From assembly GCF_036588685.1 (NCBI RefSeq), contig NC_086382.1:52576001-52640000 (forward strand): a stretch of DNA of 64,000 bases. Direction: 5' to 3'. The notes under the pieces are model-generated. The model was not told the origin of the DNA. It saw nothing but the letters and a program-made list of their open reading frames with translations, and made no database searches. Source of the stretch: Mytilus trossulus. Lineage: Eukaryota. The position numbers were made by a program, and so were the translations under genes. Shown one piece after another: positions 36,101-47,125 of the stretch. Positions within the stretch are counted from its first letter, which is position 1, and each line of letters opens with the position of its first letter.

Positions 36101-38288
36101 ACCAGCCCAGTAGTCAGCATTTCGGTGTTGACATGAATATCAATTATATGGTTATTTTTATAAATTTTCTGTTTACAAAACTTTGAATTTTTCGAAATAC
36201 TAAGGATTTTCTTACCCCAGGAGTAGATTACCTTAGCCGTATTTGGCACAACTTTTTGGAATTTTGGATCCTCAATGCTCTTCAACTTTGTATTTATTTG
36301 GCTTTTAAACTATTTCGATCTGAGCGTCACTGATGAGTCTTATGTAGACGAAACGCGCGTCTGGCGTATAAAATTATAATCCTGGTACTTTTGATAACTA
36401 TATGGCTTAATTTATGTACAAATTAATGAAAGATAAACAACTAAATATCACAACAACAAACAAAGCTTCTGGCTTAGGACATGCGAATACAGAATGTGGA
36501 GGGGTTTAATATGTTGAAGTGTTTTTTCTATCGTCTCATGATTTACATTCTTTCTATTCCTTTTATTTAAGCTACTTGTTCACGAGAATGTCAGAATGGT
36601 GGATCATGTGTAGCTGTAGGTAACATGCCCGGATGTCTTTGTCAAGAAGGTTTTCATGGAGATACATGTCAGCATGGTACGTAGTAGTTTTTGCGCATCA
36701 CGATGCAAAGATATAGGTTTCATTATGTTTTCATGACAAATTTTGCTACTTAACAAAAGCTGTAATGATGGACGTCCTGATAATATGACTAAAATAACAG
36801 CTGGGCCTGTTGGATAGAATGACGAAAAAAATTGAATATTGGAAATAAGAATTTGAATGTATTAAAGCAACAGTAGATGCCGGGCATTCGAACCAACTAA
36901 GTGTTTACTTAAAAGTAATAAAACAGCTGAGCAGATAAAAGAAACATTATTTTATTGGAGTAATTATTAGCTGATATATCTTAACTTTTGTTTATCATTA
37001 TTGTCAATCTAGTTTGTCTAATTATTCTATACAAATCTAGCACAAAACGAATGGAAGTTGTGGCACACCGTGGCAGTATCGTCTGGGGCAGTGTTTCTCA
37101 TAATTGTTATTACCTTAGCTGTGGTTGTAACATACGGATGCAAGAGAACAGGGTGAGGGTTATTGATGAATATTTAAGGTCTAGTATTGTCAACCTGAGA
37201 AAAAAGAAATGATAGAAAATAATGTTTAAAAAAACCTGCGTTCTTAATTATCTTATTCGACACCAGCCTAAAAATCTGTCAAAATCACAGGTGCGACGTA
37301 TTTGCAACTTAAAATCAAAGTTGTTGTCATTGTTTAAAAAACTTCCTTAGTATAACCATTGAACAATTTGAAAATAAATTTGAAAGAATGGACTAAAACA
37401 CTTAAAACAGCATAATTGATAATTGTGATGGCGTTAACCTTATATATAAAGTTAAGACATTAAAACTGGGGGGCGTTATCGGGCAGTTCTATGAAAAGTC
37501 AAATGTATTAGTTATACATTTCCCGTATTCATAGGACATCTTGTTGAAACAAAATACACCCATGATAATAGTTAAAAAGCACATTATTTTTCTTTAATTT
37601 CGTATGAAGGTCCTAATTTGGGTACTTTGAGAAAATAATGTGTATCTATGTATAAAAAAAAAATCTAAATATCTACATTAAATAACTGATCTGCTGACAT
37701 ACCTTGGTGAGAGGTGAGGCAAAACAGTTCTATATTTACTTCCAAGTCTTATTTAGACCAAATAACATTTAATCACTTCACAATTAATAATTCAAAGCAT
37801 AAAAAGATACAAAGATGGATAAACTGCACAATGACTAAAGGAAATTAAATAATAACAGTTCGCGACATATGTTTCTACAGATAATTTTTTATTGCATAAC
37901 ACAAATCTCAAACCATGATGATGAACTTGATCATGTTCCCCGTAACGAAAAACAGCTCGTGTTTATGGTGATCATAATAAGCAGTTAAAAGATTATGATG
38001 GATAGTGTTATGCCATGAGCAATGAAAACATCTAAGACAAATGAAACATATGAAACAATATTGGAAGTTTTGTATAATTGACAATTGGTTCTTTTAATTT
38101 TCAGTGGATATCAAAGACTTCCTCAGAAGGAAATAATTTGTTTGAAAGCACCAAGTACAATAAGTACATACACTACGACTCAAACAAACACTGAGAACTA
38201 TGATCAACCCAATGACGACGTGTGTAATACCGTGTATCCTTCGGCGCCTCATATGACAAATGTACCAGATAGCATACAAAAATTATAA
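33167..38288 (+). CDS. Type I membrane protein: signal peptide + EMI domain + one EGF + TM + ~65 aa cytoplasmic tail (235 aa, 6 exons)
   Basis: Exons 33167-33243, 34121-34243, 35034-35140, 36572-36676, 37041-37152, 38105-38288; GT-AG, phases 2,2,1,1,2; 708-nt open frame. EMI pattern GHVC..Y..Y..YTTSC..WRRCTKYR..CCSGW..GKC; EGF CSRECQNGGSC..CLCQEGFHGDTC; TM VAVSSGAVFLIIVITLAVVVTYGC followed by KR. AATAAA at 38327-38332. Confidence 0.85.
35969..36012 (+). ncRNA. Minimal type I hammerhead ribozyme (intact)
   Basis: GCGUCA-CUGAUGA-GUCU(UAUGU)AGAC-GAAA-C(GCGC)G-UC^UGGCGU: full catalytic core, 6-bp stem I, 4-bp stem II, very short stem III with palindromic ACGCGCGU. Predicted cleavage after 36006. 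Confidence 0.9.
36324..36367 (+). ncRNA. Minimal type I hammerhead ribozyme (intact)
   Basis: Identical motif; predicted cleavage after 36361, 355 nt downstream of the first site. Confidence 0.9.
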
Positions 38289-40734
38289 ATTATTGAATTT
38301 GTGATCAAAGAGATTAATTATTGAACAATAAAAACTTTAATATTTCATATTACTGCACACGTGAAATAAAACACTTGTGATCAAAATGTTCATCAAATAG
38401 TTCATGATTATGAGGAATTTGAGGTGCAACGAAGCAGCAATGCAAAGACAAAAATAACCAAAATTAATCGAGAGATGAACAATGTGAATTTCGATAGTCA
38501 ATCTAATTATTTTTAAAATAAACGTCATGCTCATAGATTTCCCCTTTTTGAATTAGCTTTGTAGTTCAATATTGTTGATCTACTTTTATTTTGAAGTTCA
38601 GTTACACTTAGCCCATGAATGTAAAGTACAATACAAATGATAGGTTTTCCGAGTTATATCTACTATGATAAAGTTACATATTTACTGCAAATTGTTTGGT
38701 ATGAGGAATTTGGCGCCTTACAATAGGCCACCTACGGACCCCTCGCTGGTTCTTTAATTTGCAGAGAGTGTGATACACAGTATACCCTTAGCATCGGATA
38801 GAACAATTTTGATCTGACGTAATTGTTACACATTTTAATCACAGTATATCGATAGCTCAGTTTAATTATAACAGTTTTACTTCTGTATGAAAGACAATCA
38901 AGATTAACCATATATCTGTACCAAAAGAGTTATGCTTCTTTTGTTGAGTTGTCTGAATTCAATTACATGTATAAGATCTTATCTGATTTATGCGAGAGTT
39001 CTGATGGCATATTAGCATTTACAGTCCCAATGTTTCTGCACCTACTGCTCATTGTGGTAAAAAATGCCTCTTCAGTTATGCTCGAGACAAAAATATTTGA
39101 TAACCCAAAAATTAAAGACCTGGCGAAACCAAAAGGGTCAAAAGCATATAGCCAAAACCGGACATGATTAAAAAAATATATAAATAACGGTTATAAGGCA
39201 TTTTATCATTAGTAATGATTTGTGTATAGCCGTAGAACCAACATTTTGGATTACATGAAATATTAAGAGGGGGCACGTGTTCTATAACAAGAAAAACCTC
39301 ATATGAATAAATACATATATATGCATGAATGATAGCATACGGGAGGGTTCCTCGCAACTTTAGACATAGACAAGAAAAGATATTTGTAAAACTTTAATGT
39401 GTTCAAATGTCTGTGTGGCCAGATAAACTAAGTACAAACCATTTTAAAATTAACTGATACACGAATAAGAAGCTGAAAAGTATAAAAGCTATGAAATAAA
39501 ATTCAATTATTCGAATTGATGGTTTGACGCTGTTCCCTTTGCAAAAGAATCTTTGATCTAAGGTATAATTATGCTTAATTACGACAAATTTAATTTAATC
39601 GATATTCATGTAAAAAAAAGGACGAACATTTTACACTGTATGCACATAGACGATGAAAGCGAAACATTAAGATAAAACGTTGTGATAAAATTAATTAAAT
39701 ATAACTGACTGTTTTTAAGTTTAAATCGTAGAATTTGATAAATTTCAAAACTTTGCCTTTTTTAATAAATGATATGCAAGAAAAATTGAAAGAAAAAGTG
39801 TAACTTAATTCTTTAATGGAATACATTTCCGTTCAAATCCTTCCTTTAAACTATTGACAGTTCAAAGTAAATAGTAGATACTACATTAATAGATTGAATC
39901 AATAAGTGAAAATTATTTTACATGCATAACCCTGTTATTAAAATTAATGTTAGACTGCATAATAACAGGTCTCGTTTATGGTTGCATGTTATTAAATGCT
40001 TTTATAGAAAAGGTAATAATTAACCACAGTATGCTATCAAAATGTATAAAATTGAGACACCTTTCACGCAATTGTTTGACAAACTTTGCAAATATTCAAA
40101 AGTGAGTAAACGTAAATAAAAAACGGTCATTTGCTTTCTATTTCTATGAATCAAAACCAAAGGGTTGGATAAGGAAAAAAATATTGAACACCTGAAAGTG
40201 AAACACATTTGGAGGTATGCATCTACATTCTACAGGATGCATGAATACACAGCCACGTATGAGCGGCATGTGGATGTATAATTGTGGTTTTATTTAAGGA
40301 GAATGTTATGCTCTTTGGACTTGCAATGTCCCTTGTAGTTGTTGTTTGGGGAGTCGTATGAACAGTAAAATACCCTCTGTTCGAGTGAGTCCAAATAGCA
40401 TAGACATTCATAGATAACTATACTTTTTGAAGATTTAGTTTTATCTTTTGAAACCGGCGACAGTTCCATTCAAAAAAGTGCAACTCTTCTGAAACTTGTT
40501 GACAAATAAATTGATAAACATGGCATTGAATTCGTATTAAAATTGCAACTACGGAAAATATGATTGAACTCAATGCGAAACATACGATTTCAACTAAAAT
40601 ATTGAAATGCAATGTTTATTAAAAATACATGTAATTCTTTTGAGGTACCATTGACATAACTAGAATACAAACTATCGATGATGTAGGGAAGAACATATTT
40701 CATGATGGTGCTAACCAGATGTGTGGTTACAAAG

Positions 40735-41050
40735 AAAAAGTAAAAACACAAAAATACTGAACTCCGAGGAAATTTTAAAAAGGAAAGTCCAAAATCAAAA
40801 GGCAAAATCAAAAGTTTAAACACATCAACCGAATGGATAACAACTGTCATATTCCTAACTTGGTAGAGGCATTATCTAATGTATAAAATGGTGGATTGAA
40901 CCTGGGTTTATAGCTAGCTAAACCTCTCACTTGTATGACAGTCGCATCAATTTCCATTACATTGTCAACGATTCGTGAACAAAACAAACATACTCAAAGA
41001 GTAAAATGTCAAAAATAGGGGCACAGCAGTCAACATTGTGTTATCATCTT
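40735..41050 (+). repeat. Interspersed repeat family B (AAAAGTAAAA.CACAAAAATACTGAACTCCGAGGAAA...CTGTCATATTCCTGACTTGGTACAGGC)
   Basis: Other copies at ~1059-1220, 13959-14150, 32746-32880, 55448-55760, 42484-42572(-), 90-250(-) and 2790-2900(-). Confidence 0.85.
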
Positions 41051-41097
41051 AAAGCATACATCAAATTTAACATCCTCATTTTGCTTATCTTATAAGA

Positions 41098-41810
41098 TTT
41101 AGGTTCTTAAGGCTAGGTGTGCGATAGAAATAATCTTCTATCTTTGCTCTCAACAACTACTATCCAAAAAGCAACCCAACAACAAACACGACCTCAAACA
41201 TCTAGAATTCAAAAATAAAAAAGTAGGAGTTTCATGACCTTATACGATACAAGTGCTTACTGGAACAACATCAGTTAATACTAGGCATGATGTTAAGTGT
41301 ATATTTTTATAAACATCACTTAAACGGCAAAAAAAGGGTGTACGACCGAACCAGCGTAATCTTGAAATTTGTAAAAAAAAAAACAAGGCCGTTAGGGCGT
41401 TACTAAGATGCAGTTTCAACGCAATACTTTTGAAAGATTGGCATGGAATCCTATGCATATTCAGACCATAGATATTCTGTTCGATGGATTATCATAAACC
41501 AATAGCAGTGGGCATTTTTTTACTTGGTATGATTTGTATGTGACACTAATAGCTATATAGTTATTATAGAGTTCGATCTATTTTACTTGATTTTCTATAC
41601 TATGACTTTATCTTGATAAAGGTATATAACTAGTTTAATTTCGTCACTTGTTATTGTGCAAGTTCCAGGTCATGAAACTCCTACTTTTTTTATTTTTGAA
41701 TTCTAGATGTTTTAGGTTGTTTTTGTTGTTGGGTTGGTTTTTGAATAGTGGTTGTTGAGTGCAAAGATAGAAGTTAATTTCTATCGCACACCCAGCCTTA
41801 AGAACCTAAA
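41098..41810. mobile_element. MITE/foldback with ~143-bp TIRs
   Basis: 41098-41240 is the reverse complement of 41667-41810 with scattered mismatches. Confidence 0.85.
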
Positions 41811-42886
41811 ATACTAATATAGATTACTAAGCAGCACACACAATTACAACTACATTAATGAAAGTAGATTATTATACTTCTTAAATAAACAGGAAATTGA
41901 GGTATGATTGACAATAAGATCATTTTCGACCAGAGATCGAATGATACAGAAGTTAAAAACCATAGGTCACCAAAAACCTTCAACAATGATCAATCACATA
42001 GCAAGTTAAAACAGGGACTCGTCATAACAAAATGTGAAACAATTCAATGAGTTTTGAACATCGGTACACTATTGTTGCCTTTATCTATGGCCCTGTGCTG
42101 TCACTTTTCTGCTCTTCGGTCGAGTTGATGTTTTAACATAATATTTCCATTTGCCTTTATCAATTCTAATCATCAAAGTAAGCATGCAGGCTAATAAATT
42201 GGAACACCAGGTGCCCGCGTTGTCTTCATAAAAATTCATCAGATGCACTCGACTCCAAACAGGTAGAAAGCCATATCAAGTTAGAATTTGAACAACACAG
42301 AAAAACATGCAAATATTCCAATTGGTTGAACCAATTAGAATGCATATTAAATCCAACAAAGATTACATATGTCCATACTATATAAGATGTCCATACTATA
42401 TAAGATGTCCATACTATATTAGATTTTATATTCATGTAACTAGAAATACAAAACAAATCTTACCTAATAGCATGCTAACACAAGTCATTTGTATGCATTT
42501 AATCCATTCGTTTGATTCGTTTGAGCTTTTGATTTGCCATTTGATTATGGACTTTCCGTTTTGAATTTTCCTCTTTTACATTGTCTTATCGGGGCCTTTT
42601 ATAACTGACTATGCGGTATGGGCTTTGCTCATTGTTGAAGGCCATACGGTGACCTATAGTTGTTAATGTTTGTGTCATTTTGGTCTTTTGTGGATATTTG
42701 TCTCATTAACAATCTTACCACATCTTCTTTTTTAAATGTTCAAAGTGATAACAGTTTAGCACAAGTAATAAGTATGTATTAACAAAAGGAAAGGTTTTAT
42801 ACAAAGTGTCACGCTTTCTCGTTTTAAGAGATAATCTTATCTAACATTAGTATATGTAATCTTTAAATTATTGTTTAATATAAAAC

Positions 42887-43462
42887 AAAAAAGAAGATGT
42901 GGTATGATTGCCAATGAGACAACTATCCACAAAAGACCAAAATGACACAAACATTAACAACTATAGGTCACCGTACGGCCTTCAACAATGAACAAAGCCC
43001 ATACCGCATAGTCAGCTATAAAAGGCCCCGATAAGACAATGTAAAACAATTCAAACGAGAAAATTAACGGCCTTATTTATGTAAAAACAAATGAACGAAA
43101 AACAAATATGTAACACATAAATAAACGACAACCACTGAATTACAGGCTCCTGACTTGGGACAGGTACATACATACATAATGTGGCGGGGTTAAACATGTT
43201 ACCGGGATCCCAACCCATCCTCTAACCTGGGACAGTGGTATAACAGTACAACATAAGAACGAACTATAAAAATCAGTTGAAAAAGGCTTAACTCATCAGA
43301 TAGACAAAAAATACAAGTGGACGTGGCCGGGTATTTATACATCCCGACACAAAAAGACACAATGAACAGATCTGAGAGTATTCGCAGTATTCTGACAGCT
43401 AGTTCAAAGCCACTAACAACTAATAAAAAATCATGCCTCTAAGACTAAACACTCAATCCGTA
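42887..43462 (+). repeat. Abundant interspersed repeat family A (AAGAAGATGTGGTATGATTGCCAATGAGACAAC...), near full-length copy
   Basis: Homologous copies occur in the window at ~790-925(-), 8280-8440, 10361-10825(-), 12310-12620, 23375-23560, 26175-26490(-), 27850-28330, 35485-36520 (split) and 42575-42733(-). Confidence 0.85.
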
Positions 43463-44639
43463 TGACCTTGTGTTTATCCCATTATCCTTTTTCGATTGCA
43501 TGAACAATTCACCAAGTTTTGTTGAAATTGAATTCATGCAAATATTGGACTTATAAAACCATATCTGAAACATCGAAGTGTATTCATGTTTCCTTATGTT
43601 TTACAGTCTAAAGATAATTAAAGTACAATATTTTACATTTCTCAAAATAGTATATATTGTTTCATTCATAAACATGATTAGTATAAAGAATTTATTTGTA
43701 AGATGTCAAAATATTTATTTAAATTTTACAGGTAAGCAGACTACAGGTAAATTATACTTTGATTGGCCGCGTGGCACAGCTTGTGTCACACACGTTCCGA
43801 TGGGTTGCCGGTTAAATGTAATACATTTAAAATCATTAAATATCCTTTTTTGTATTTGAAATATTTAACACTTAAGAACTCTTGTTGTCTTATTTTAATA
43901 AATTGGTTATTTTTATATCCCTTTGTTGTATGTGCGGATTATAAATATAAAACAAATAAACAGATTCTTGTAATTTTATAAGTGTATTCCTGCAGACGAG
44001 AACAAATATTATGAATAAATACCTCAGAAAAAGGTGAGAGGTCAGTGATCATAAGTATTCATATTGAAATACAACTAGGTAGTTAACATTGAGGGTATTT
44101 ATCCATCTGGAAGACATGGGATAACTATATATTTCATCCAGACCTAGCTTGCAGCCGCAAGTACGTGTAAGTGTAGGTAAGTCTGGTCATTATTTAATTT
44201 TTCGTTTTTTAAATCCATCTTTTTATTCTTGTAATAATTAGATCACATAATATTTACAGTCAGGTCAGTATTATCAAATTTGCATAAAATGTGTTTCCTA
44301 CCAGAAAGTGTGTGGAGAGATGAAATAATATATAGGACAGAAGGTTTGGTTTCCAGGCCATAAATATTGAAAATCGATCCCATTTGTAGGACATTAAAAA
44401 GGTCTCTGAAAATGGATGAAAACTCCATGACAATAAGTTTGTAGGCAATTTTAAAATTCAATTTTACGTTCGATGATCCTAGCTTACTGCTCGACAGTAG
44501 ATGTGAAGAGGTATGTTTATGAAAACTAGTATGACTGCTATCATAAGACTAATTCTATCTGATCCTTACTGTATATTGTTATCACATAAACAAGTCCGTT
44601 TAAAATTGTGACTGACAGAATATTTTTTATCACATAAGA

Positions 44640-45890
44640 AAGTCTGTTTGCGTCATATGATGTGCCATACTTATATGAGAAGGTCTGTATCATATAGTAT
44701 GCAGTAAAACCAAGAAATAAAGTTTGTGGCATAGCGTACTCTTTCATCGTATAAGAAAGTATGTATGTATAAAACGGACTGACATCATATTAGAAAGATT
44801 TAGTATGCCATTCATTGTACTGTTAACGCATAATAAATTATGTCTGTATCATACAATGTTACAAAATGTGTTAAGCAACGTACTAATAGTCTATGCCATT
44901 CCGTATACTGTCATCTCATAAGAAAGACTATCTACGCAATACCGTATACTGTCATCACATAAGAAGCATATCTATGTCATTCCGTATACTGTCATCGCAT
45001 AAGTTAGACTATTTATGCCATACAGTATATTGTCATCGTATAAGATACACTATCTATGCCATACCGTATACTGTCATCGCATAAGATACAATATCTATGC
45101 CATACCGTATAGTGTCACCGCATAAGAAAGACTATCTATGTCATTCCGTATACTGTCATCGCATAAGTTAGACTATCTATGCCATACAGTTTACTGTCAT
45201 CGCATAAGATACACTATCTATGTCATACCGTATACTGGTATCGCACAAGAAAGACTGTCTATGCCATACCATATACTGCCATCGCATAAGAAAGACTATA
45301 TATGCCAAACCGTTTACAGTAATCGCATAATATAAGTTATATGGTTCGCTACTGACCCCTTACGGATCCATAGAGGGTTAGTAAAATCCATAGGGGGTGA
45401 GGCCGGAGGCCGAGTCCTCTATGAATTTTATTCACCCTCTATGGATCCGTAGGGGGTCAGTAGTTAACCGTATAACGAATTTATCGGACGCTGGACTTTT
45501 TCTGCGGCGTTTTGTTAAAAAATAAACATTGAAACACAACAACATCAAAAGATGACGTCGCCATTAACGCGTCATGAACCCCCTATGAAACCTACTAACC
45601 CCCTACGGTCTCATAGGGGGTCACCACGTGACGGCGTTTAACCAATCACAACGTGATAAGTCATCTGTGGTCCGATAAGAAGGAATATCTATGCCATACC
45701 GTATACTGTAAATTTAATCGCATAAGAAAGACTATATATGCCATATTGTATACTGTCGTCGCAAAAGAAAGACTATTTATGCCACACCGTATACTGTCAT
45801 CGCATAAGAAAAACTGTCTATGCCATACCGTAAACTCTCGTCGCATAAGAAAGACTATCGATGTCAATCCGTATACTGTCATCGCATAAG
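44640..45890 (+). repeat. 41-bp minisatellite (TATCTATGCCATACCGTATACTGTCATCGCATAAGAAAGAC), interrupted by an insertion
   Basis: Clear units at 44888-45330 and 45679-45890; degenerate units to the left. Confidence 0.9.
45331..45678. mobile_element. Non-autonomous element with a terminal ~140-bp palindrome, inserted in the 41-bp array
   Basis: The array unit is split at CGCATAA|GAA. Hairpin 45336-45476 (CTACTGACCCC..TACGGATCCATAGAGGG / CCCTCTATGGATCCGTAGGGGGTCAGTAG) plus the short inverted pair TTATCGGAC / GTCCGATAA. Confidence 0.75.
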
Positions 45891-46265
45891 GAAGTATATT
45901 TGCGTTAAACACTGAACTGACATTGAAGCATAATGTCTGTCTTTGCGCTGTAAGCACTGAAGGCAGTTAACCAAAAACCAAGGCCAATGTAATCATGAAA
46001 ACTGTGGCAATGTTGCTTCAACATTAATCATTCATTTATAATAAATTTATGGTAATCTAATGAGTTAATTATTAAGGCAAATAATTTGTATGTAATCAAG
46101 GTTTCAAAAGCAATGCATATATCAATGTATATTTTTATGGTGAGTCAGCAGTGATACAAGTTCGCAATGATTGCATTTGTTCTACTTGGTAGTTAACATT
46201 GGTTTTAGTTGACTGCTAGTAGTACAAGTTGAGGTCTGACTGACTGGCCCATATTAAATGTAAAT

Positions 46266-47125
46266 GATTTGCTATTTTGTCCCATACATGAATATATATA
46301 TATATGGTTTAGGGTTGGGGATCTCAACGGTTTTCAAGTTCTCAAACAGGAAAAAGGTAGGTTGACCCTAGGGACTTCCCCTTAATTTCATTTTATTTGT
46401 TATATTGTCCTATACATTAATGTATATGGTTTAGGGGTTGGGATATCATCGGTTTCCAAGTTCTCAAACAGGAGGGGGAAGTGTGACTCCAGGGACTCTC
46501 CCATTATTTCATTCAACTAACTATATTGGCCCGGACATTAATGTATATATTGTTTTACAGTTGGGATCTCAACTGTTTCCAAGTTTTCAAACAGGAGAGG
46601 TGGGGTCACCACAGGGACTTCCCCTATATTTCATTTGATTTGTTATATTGTCCCATTCTTGAGCATATATGGTTTAGGGGTGAGAATTCTTTATCATTTC
46701 CAAGTTCTCAATCAGGAGGGCGTACCGTGACCCCAGGGACTCCCCCTTTATTTCATCTGATTTGTTATATTGTCCCATACATGAAACTATAGGGTTTAGG
46801 GTTGGAGATCTAGGCCGTTTTTAAAACATGAGGGGCGGGGTGACCCCCAGCGGCTCTCCCTATATTTCATTTGATTTTGAATATTGTCTCAAACATGAAT
46901 ACATATGGTTAAGGGGTGGGGATCTCAACCGCTTCCAAGTTCTCAAACAGGAGGGGCTGGGTGACTCCAGGGACAACTCCTATATTTTATTTAATTTGTT
47001 ATATTGTCCTAAACTTGAATACCGAAATATGGTTTAGGGGTGGGGATCTCACCCGTTTCCAAGTCATCAAACAAGTGAGGGTAGAGTGGCCTTAAGGACG
47101 CCACTTATATATCATATGATTTGCT
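46266..47125 (+). repeat. ~121-bp tandem repeat, about 7 diverged units
   Basis: Recurring ATTTGTTATATTGTCC..ATGGTTTAGGGG..TTTCCAAGTTCTCAAACAGG..GTGACCCCAGGGACT at ~120-bp spacing. Confidence 0.85.

Larger units (their letters stand above)
35655..36401 (+). mobile_element. Non-LTR retrozyme, tandem dimer of a 355-nt unit
   Basis: Two near-identical 355-bp units (about 4 substitutions seen) plus ~37 bp of a third; each unit ends in a hammerhead motif. It lies in intron 3 of the EMI-EGF gene and splits an interspersed repeat copy (35485-35654 / 36402-36520). Confidence 0.85.

Noticed and set aside
35688-36285. Two near-identical 80-aa ORFs on the minus strand
   Set aside because: They are antisense translations of the retrozyme unit, begin at a non-ATG codon and show no domain.
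38105-38136. Secreted EGFL7-like form ending VDIKDFLRRK* by joining the EGF exon directly to the last exon
   Set aside because: An in-phase TM exon (37041-37152) with good splice sites gives a longer, motif-bearing tail. Exon skipping remains possible but is unsupported.
42369-42423. CPYYIR x3 peptide repeat
   Set aside because: It is an 18-bp tandem triplication in non-coding DNA; the ORF runs into a family B repeat.
43996-44176. Two short exon-like segments (43996-44033, 44142-44176) with AG/GT boundaries
   Set aside because: No coherent reading frame or homology; such sites occur by chance.
44893-47037. ORFs of 63-98 aa in the 41-bp and 121-bp arrays
   Set aside because: They are periodic translations of tandem repeats with no splice or domain support.
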